Assembly (NCBI GenBank): GCA_001642005.1
Contig: LWCA01000049.1
Location: forward strand, 1-64,000
Reading direction: 5' to 3'
Origin: Intoshia linei
Taxonomy: Eukaryota > Animalia > Orthonectida
DNA length: 64,000 bases
Below the pieces are notes generated by a model. That model ran no database searches. It saw only the letters and a list, made by a program, of their open reading frames with translations, and was not told the DNA's origin. Below, in pieces: positions 60,201 through 64,000 of the stretch (its first letter is position 1; each line of letters starts with the position of its first letter). Both the position numbers and the translations under genes were made by a program.

Positions 60201-63200
60201 TCTGTCAATGATACCTCACATTTAATTGGAAATTTACAAAAAAAAATTTTACACATGTCATTTACTGCAATCAAAGAAAAGAAGAATGTTAAAGACACTC
60301 GAATGAAACTGGCCAAATGTCACAAAAAGCTGTTGGAAACTGAGAGAAAACTAGAAGACTTGTCAATATCTGCTAAGGACACGGGTATTGAAAATAGATT
60401 AAAATTACGACATTTAAGAACTACTATATCTGATTTACGTTGCAAGTACACAAATTCAATACCAATTGAACAAAAATCAAAATTTGTATCAGATTTATTG
60501 AGTTTAAAGGCAAAATCTAAAAAAGCCGATAGATTTTTAAAGGAAGCAACAGAAAAAAGACACTTGGTGGAAAGTAAATTACAATCCATTGAATTAATAT
60601 CAAAGGGATTAGAAGAGCTGGTAGAAACGTTAAAAGATAACAATGAAGCTGAAATGTCCAAAAAGGTTATGACGTGGCAAAAGAAAATGGAAAACATTAG
60701 ATTGGAAGAACTCAAACTTAGAAGAAAAGTGTCAAGTTTACAAGATCAATTGGAACACAATATGACTAAAAATAAAAGAGTAGGATTGCAATTGAATGTA
60801 CTGGAAGAGGAAAAAATTGGATTAATACAACAAATGGAACAACGAGAATTTCAATGGGAAAATAGAGAAATGAAACTTGAACAAAAATTACATAGTTTAG
60901 AAAGGAAACATGACGAAATAATGTCCAAACAAGTTGAAGAATTCGAAGATATCGATGTTGATGAGATTATAGATTCAAATATTCCCATTGGTAAACAACT
61001 TGAAAACTGTCTCAATATTATTCGACAACAAAAAATTCGACTTGTGGAATATCGATCTTCTAATGAACTGGAAATTAAAGTAAGGACATTATCGGAGCCG
61101 ATCCTATCGTACATCGAGGCCTCGAAAAGGGGTCTCGACGAAATTTTAGTAAATTTGGAAACATTTTCAGTACATAAAGTAGTTTTTTAGTAACTAACGT
61201 CATATTTTCAAATCTTTAAATCGTTTTTTTCAAAACTAAAGTCAGTCTTATTATATATTTTATTATGTTTTTTTATTAGCTACCTGAAATCGCTCTATTT
61301 AGCTAAATATTGTATTTTTATTTTTCTGTTGACTTAAATTTTCAAAATATACCATAATAAATATAAATATACCGTTAATTATTTCACATTTTTTGTTTTA
61401 ATAAAATTTTTCGAAAAAAAATATATAAATATTAAAATGCTTTTTTGACCGTGAAGTCATCACTTATTCGGATTGAAGTTTTCTGTGTGTGTTAACAGGA
61501 TACAACTGTACAACCTGTAAATTTTTTGAAATTCTAGGGCTGTTTTCATTAAAAAAAAAAAGGGCAATTTGGGGTTTTGGCCCAGAAAATATAATTTTTT
61601 TAAATTTAAATTTATGGTAATGTTTATGATTTTAAAATCCGTATCAGTTTATATATTTTTTTAAATTCTCCAACTTGTTTGATTTTCAAAAAGATGGACA
61701 ATTGGGGTTTTCGACCCGTAAGATCTGAGTTTAGGAGGGTGCAATTTATCTTATTATACGTCCCGGAAAAAACTGTAATGGAAATTTAGACTTTATAAAA
61801 TTCTAAGACAGATAGTTATTGAAATAAAGCGTAACACACAAGCAGACATAACATTGTGTACTTCTAAAATCACTAAAAATTTTATTAGAAATTTTCGATG
61901 GGAAATGACAAGTAATCTTTTTTAAATAATGAGATGTTAGATTTACTAAAATTTAAAACTATTAATTTTTTACCCATATTTACGGATATTATATGTAACA
62001 AACTAAAATTAAATGTAATCAGTGACGATTCTAATATAAAATTATATTAATTGTAACTAAAAAAATAATATTATTTTTATGAATATTTTTAGAAAATTTC
62101 AGATTTAAACAAAACAATCACTCAACAAGAGCGTATAATTTTAACAAAAGACCGAATAATTGCTGAATTACGAGTCCGTTTACCTGCATCAGTAGATCGA
62201 GATGCACTAATAAGTAAAATAACGGCAGACAGTGAAGAAGAAACAAAAAATGTGGAATACGATCAAAAAATGGAAGACAAACATTGGCAAAACCAACAAA
62301 CTGTCAAAATAGCGGAATGCGCCGTTTCTGCAATGCAAGAGCGATTAAATATGAAAGAAAAAACAATAATACGTTTAAGAAGTATGTTAAATGAGCAGGG
62401 TTTAAAATTTGATAGTAGAGAGATTGAACTAAAAAATCAAACAGATTCACTACGAAAATCTTTACATTTAAGAGCGAAAAAATCATTACAAAATATAAAA
62501 GAAGATACAGCTTTAAAATTAAAAATAATTGATGAAGAAAATGTAAACATGATGGTATCAAATGATAAATTAAAAAGATTAAACGAACTGGAAGACGTAG
62601 CGCTAAGCCAAGAAAATACAATCATAAATTTGACCAAAGAAAACAATGAACATCGAGTACAAATTGATAATTTAAATTTAATTATAGAAGAAAATAAAAT
62701 GGCGTATAATCATCAGATGAATGATGTAACAAATGAAAATGATGAAAATATTAAAAAATTAGAAATAAATTTAAATGAAAAACACGCCGAATGCGAAAAA
62801 TTAAAAGATATGCTAAATGATGCCAACATTGAAATTAAAAGATTATTGATTGAATGCGAAAAAAGTCCTTATAATATGATGAAATTGAACATTGAAAAAT
62901 TAAGAAACGAAAACCAATTGAAACTGAAACAAATTAAACAATTGCAAAAATCTTTACACAACAGTCAAATTGAATGTCGTAATCAAGCAAAAGATGCTGT
63001 CAATTCTAGAAACGTTCTGGCGGTAACAGATTTTAATTTTAAGAAATCTGTTGAAGCTAGAACCAAAGAATTAAACAACAAGTACGAAGAATCCCGGTCC
63101 GCTGAAGCCAATGCAAAGATAGAACTTAATCGTAACATTATTAATTATGAAAATGTTGAAAAAGATGCAAAACTTTACAAAAATTCGATTAAAGAAAAGA

Positions 63201-64000
63201 ATTCAACAATTGACAAATTAAATCAACTAATCAAAGCTAGAGATAGTGAAATTGATAGTTTATACAAAAAATTGAATAAAATCAGTAAACCCGTTAAAAC
63301 TGAAAGTGATCCAGTGAAATTATCATTTTATATCGACAAATGTAATCAATTGGGTCAACAATTGGAACAACTAAAGAGTAAACATAAAATATTTGAAAAT
63401 TCTAATCGAATTAGGGATTTGAGCAGGGTAGAAGATGATATTTGTGAGGGAGTAAGCAGGTGGGATGAAAAAAAGAAATTTATGGATCAAGTCAAAAAGT
63501 TGAAGGAAGATTTAGCATCTACAAGGATTGAAAATCAAAAACTTGAAGTTATTATATCATCAACGAAATCAACCTATCATAGAGTCAAGAAGAAATGTTC
63601 AATTTTGGAAAAAAAGTTGATGACGATCGAAAATAATGGAACAAGTAAATTTATGTCTAGTTCACAAGCTAGTAATAAAATTCAATCTTTAACACATGAA
63701 AAAAACGAACTGAATCAAATTTTGGCAGAAATGAAACGTCTCTGCGACGAAGAACACATGTCTGTCATTTCGGAATATAGGACCCAACAGGAACGTCATA
63801 GAGAGAGGATAATGGAATTAAAATCTGAAAATGAAGCCATCCGAAACGGTGAAATGGATTTTGAAGACAAATACGACCGGGTCGTACGTGATAGGGAGTG
63901 CCTCAAAGATGAACTTATAGAAAAAACTGATGAAAACTTGAGATTATCTTTAGAAGTCTCTCGTTTGAATTCGGATATTCCTCGATTGGAATTGAGAGCA
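51232..64000 (+). CDS. CEP290: Centrosomal/transition-zone protein CEP290 (3'-truncated by window end)
   Basis: MIEEDWNLLKSVD start; YEAGEYGLAEAVSEIK; EVESLEEERIKLK; IPKGVSATSSDVIARLNEQLI; WQKKMENIRLEELK; KDRIIAELRVRLPAS; RWDEKKK; long coiled coils. Approximate exons: 51232-51330, 51434-51572, 52115-52308, 52632-54078, 55804-56131, 58595-58637, 58695-61079, 62093 to beyond 64000. Confidence 0.92.
54621..54971 (-). mobile_element. hAT transposase C-terminal (dimerization) remnant in a CEP290 intron
   Basis: SLNCSKTYVERVYSVTNNYWTEHKSNLSLKTLK resembles the hAT ERxFS...W...R..L motif. Confidence 0.7.
56915..58145. mobile_element. Foldback-like element with long, internally repetitive inverted arms
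   Basis: Left arm (about 56915-57050) is built of TTTTTATCACGAT-type units. Right arm (about 58030-58145) is built of ATCGTGATAAAAA-type units. Confidence 0.7.
57486..57804. mobile_element. hAT-type MITE with perfect TSD nested in the foldback element
   Basis: CTCTAATC at 57478-57485 and 57805-57812. Ends CAATGCTTTTTAACC and GGTTGAAATGCACTC. Repeated TGTGTCG motifs. Confidence 0.85.
61380..61860 (-). repeat. Helitron-like family copy
   Basis: Close reverse complement of about 10690-11180. Confidence 0.75.

Noticed and set aside
61080-61190. C-terminal VRTLSEPILSY... tail of the 816-aa ORF
   Set aside because: Read-through past the GTAAGG donor at 61080 into an intronic repeat; CEP290 coding resumes at about 62093.
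52671-62646. Several minus-strand Ser/Phe/Leu-rich ORFs overlapping CEP290
   Set aside because: Antisense shadows of Glu/Lys-rich coiled-coil exons. The same applies to short ORFs overlapping DHX15, WDR92, ATG7, the nucleotidase and IFT172.

Overview
Very AT-rich animal-type nuclear DNA, read with the standard code and GT-AG spliceosomal introns. Introns are either very short (about 30-60 nt) or kilobase-sized and filled with transposons. Compactness, base composition and protein divergence suggest a reduced parasitic invertebrate such as an orthonectid (inference only). Genes reconstructed by hand, in order: DHX15/PRP43 (+, whose first two small exons at 812-864 and 3188-3222 are missed by the ORF track), WDR92/DNAAF10 (+), ATG7 (+), tRNA-Glu(TTC), a METTL23-like methyltransferase (-), a second identical tRNA-Glu(TTC), an intronless 5'-nucleotidase (+), an M14B carboxypeptidase (-), a cryptic five-exon divergent centrin-like EF-hand gene (-), IFT172 (-) and CEP290 (+, runs off the window). 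IFT172 and CEP290 sit head-to-head about 500 bp apart. The non-coding space holds a Gypsy remnant, a DD34E Tc1 element with its own intron, an internally deleted Chapaev/Transib-like (RAG1-related) element, several hAT relics, many MITEs (some nested) and more than a dozen pieces of a non-autonomous Helitron-like family built from roughly 135-bp modules. The best leads are the hidden centrin-like gene, the ciliary bidirectional promoter, a long hairpin in a DHX15 intron, a tRNA-like cassette inside a Helitron, and the RAG-related element. All calls come from reading motifs by eye; no database search was run.
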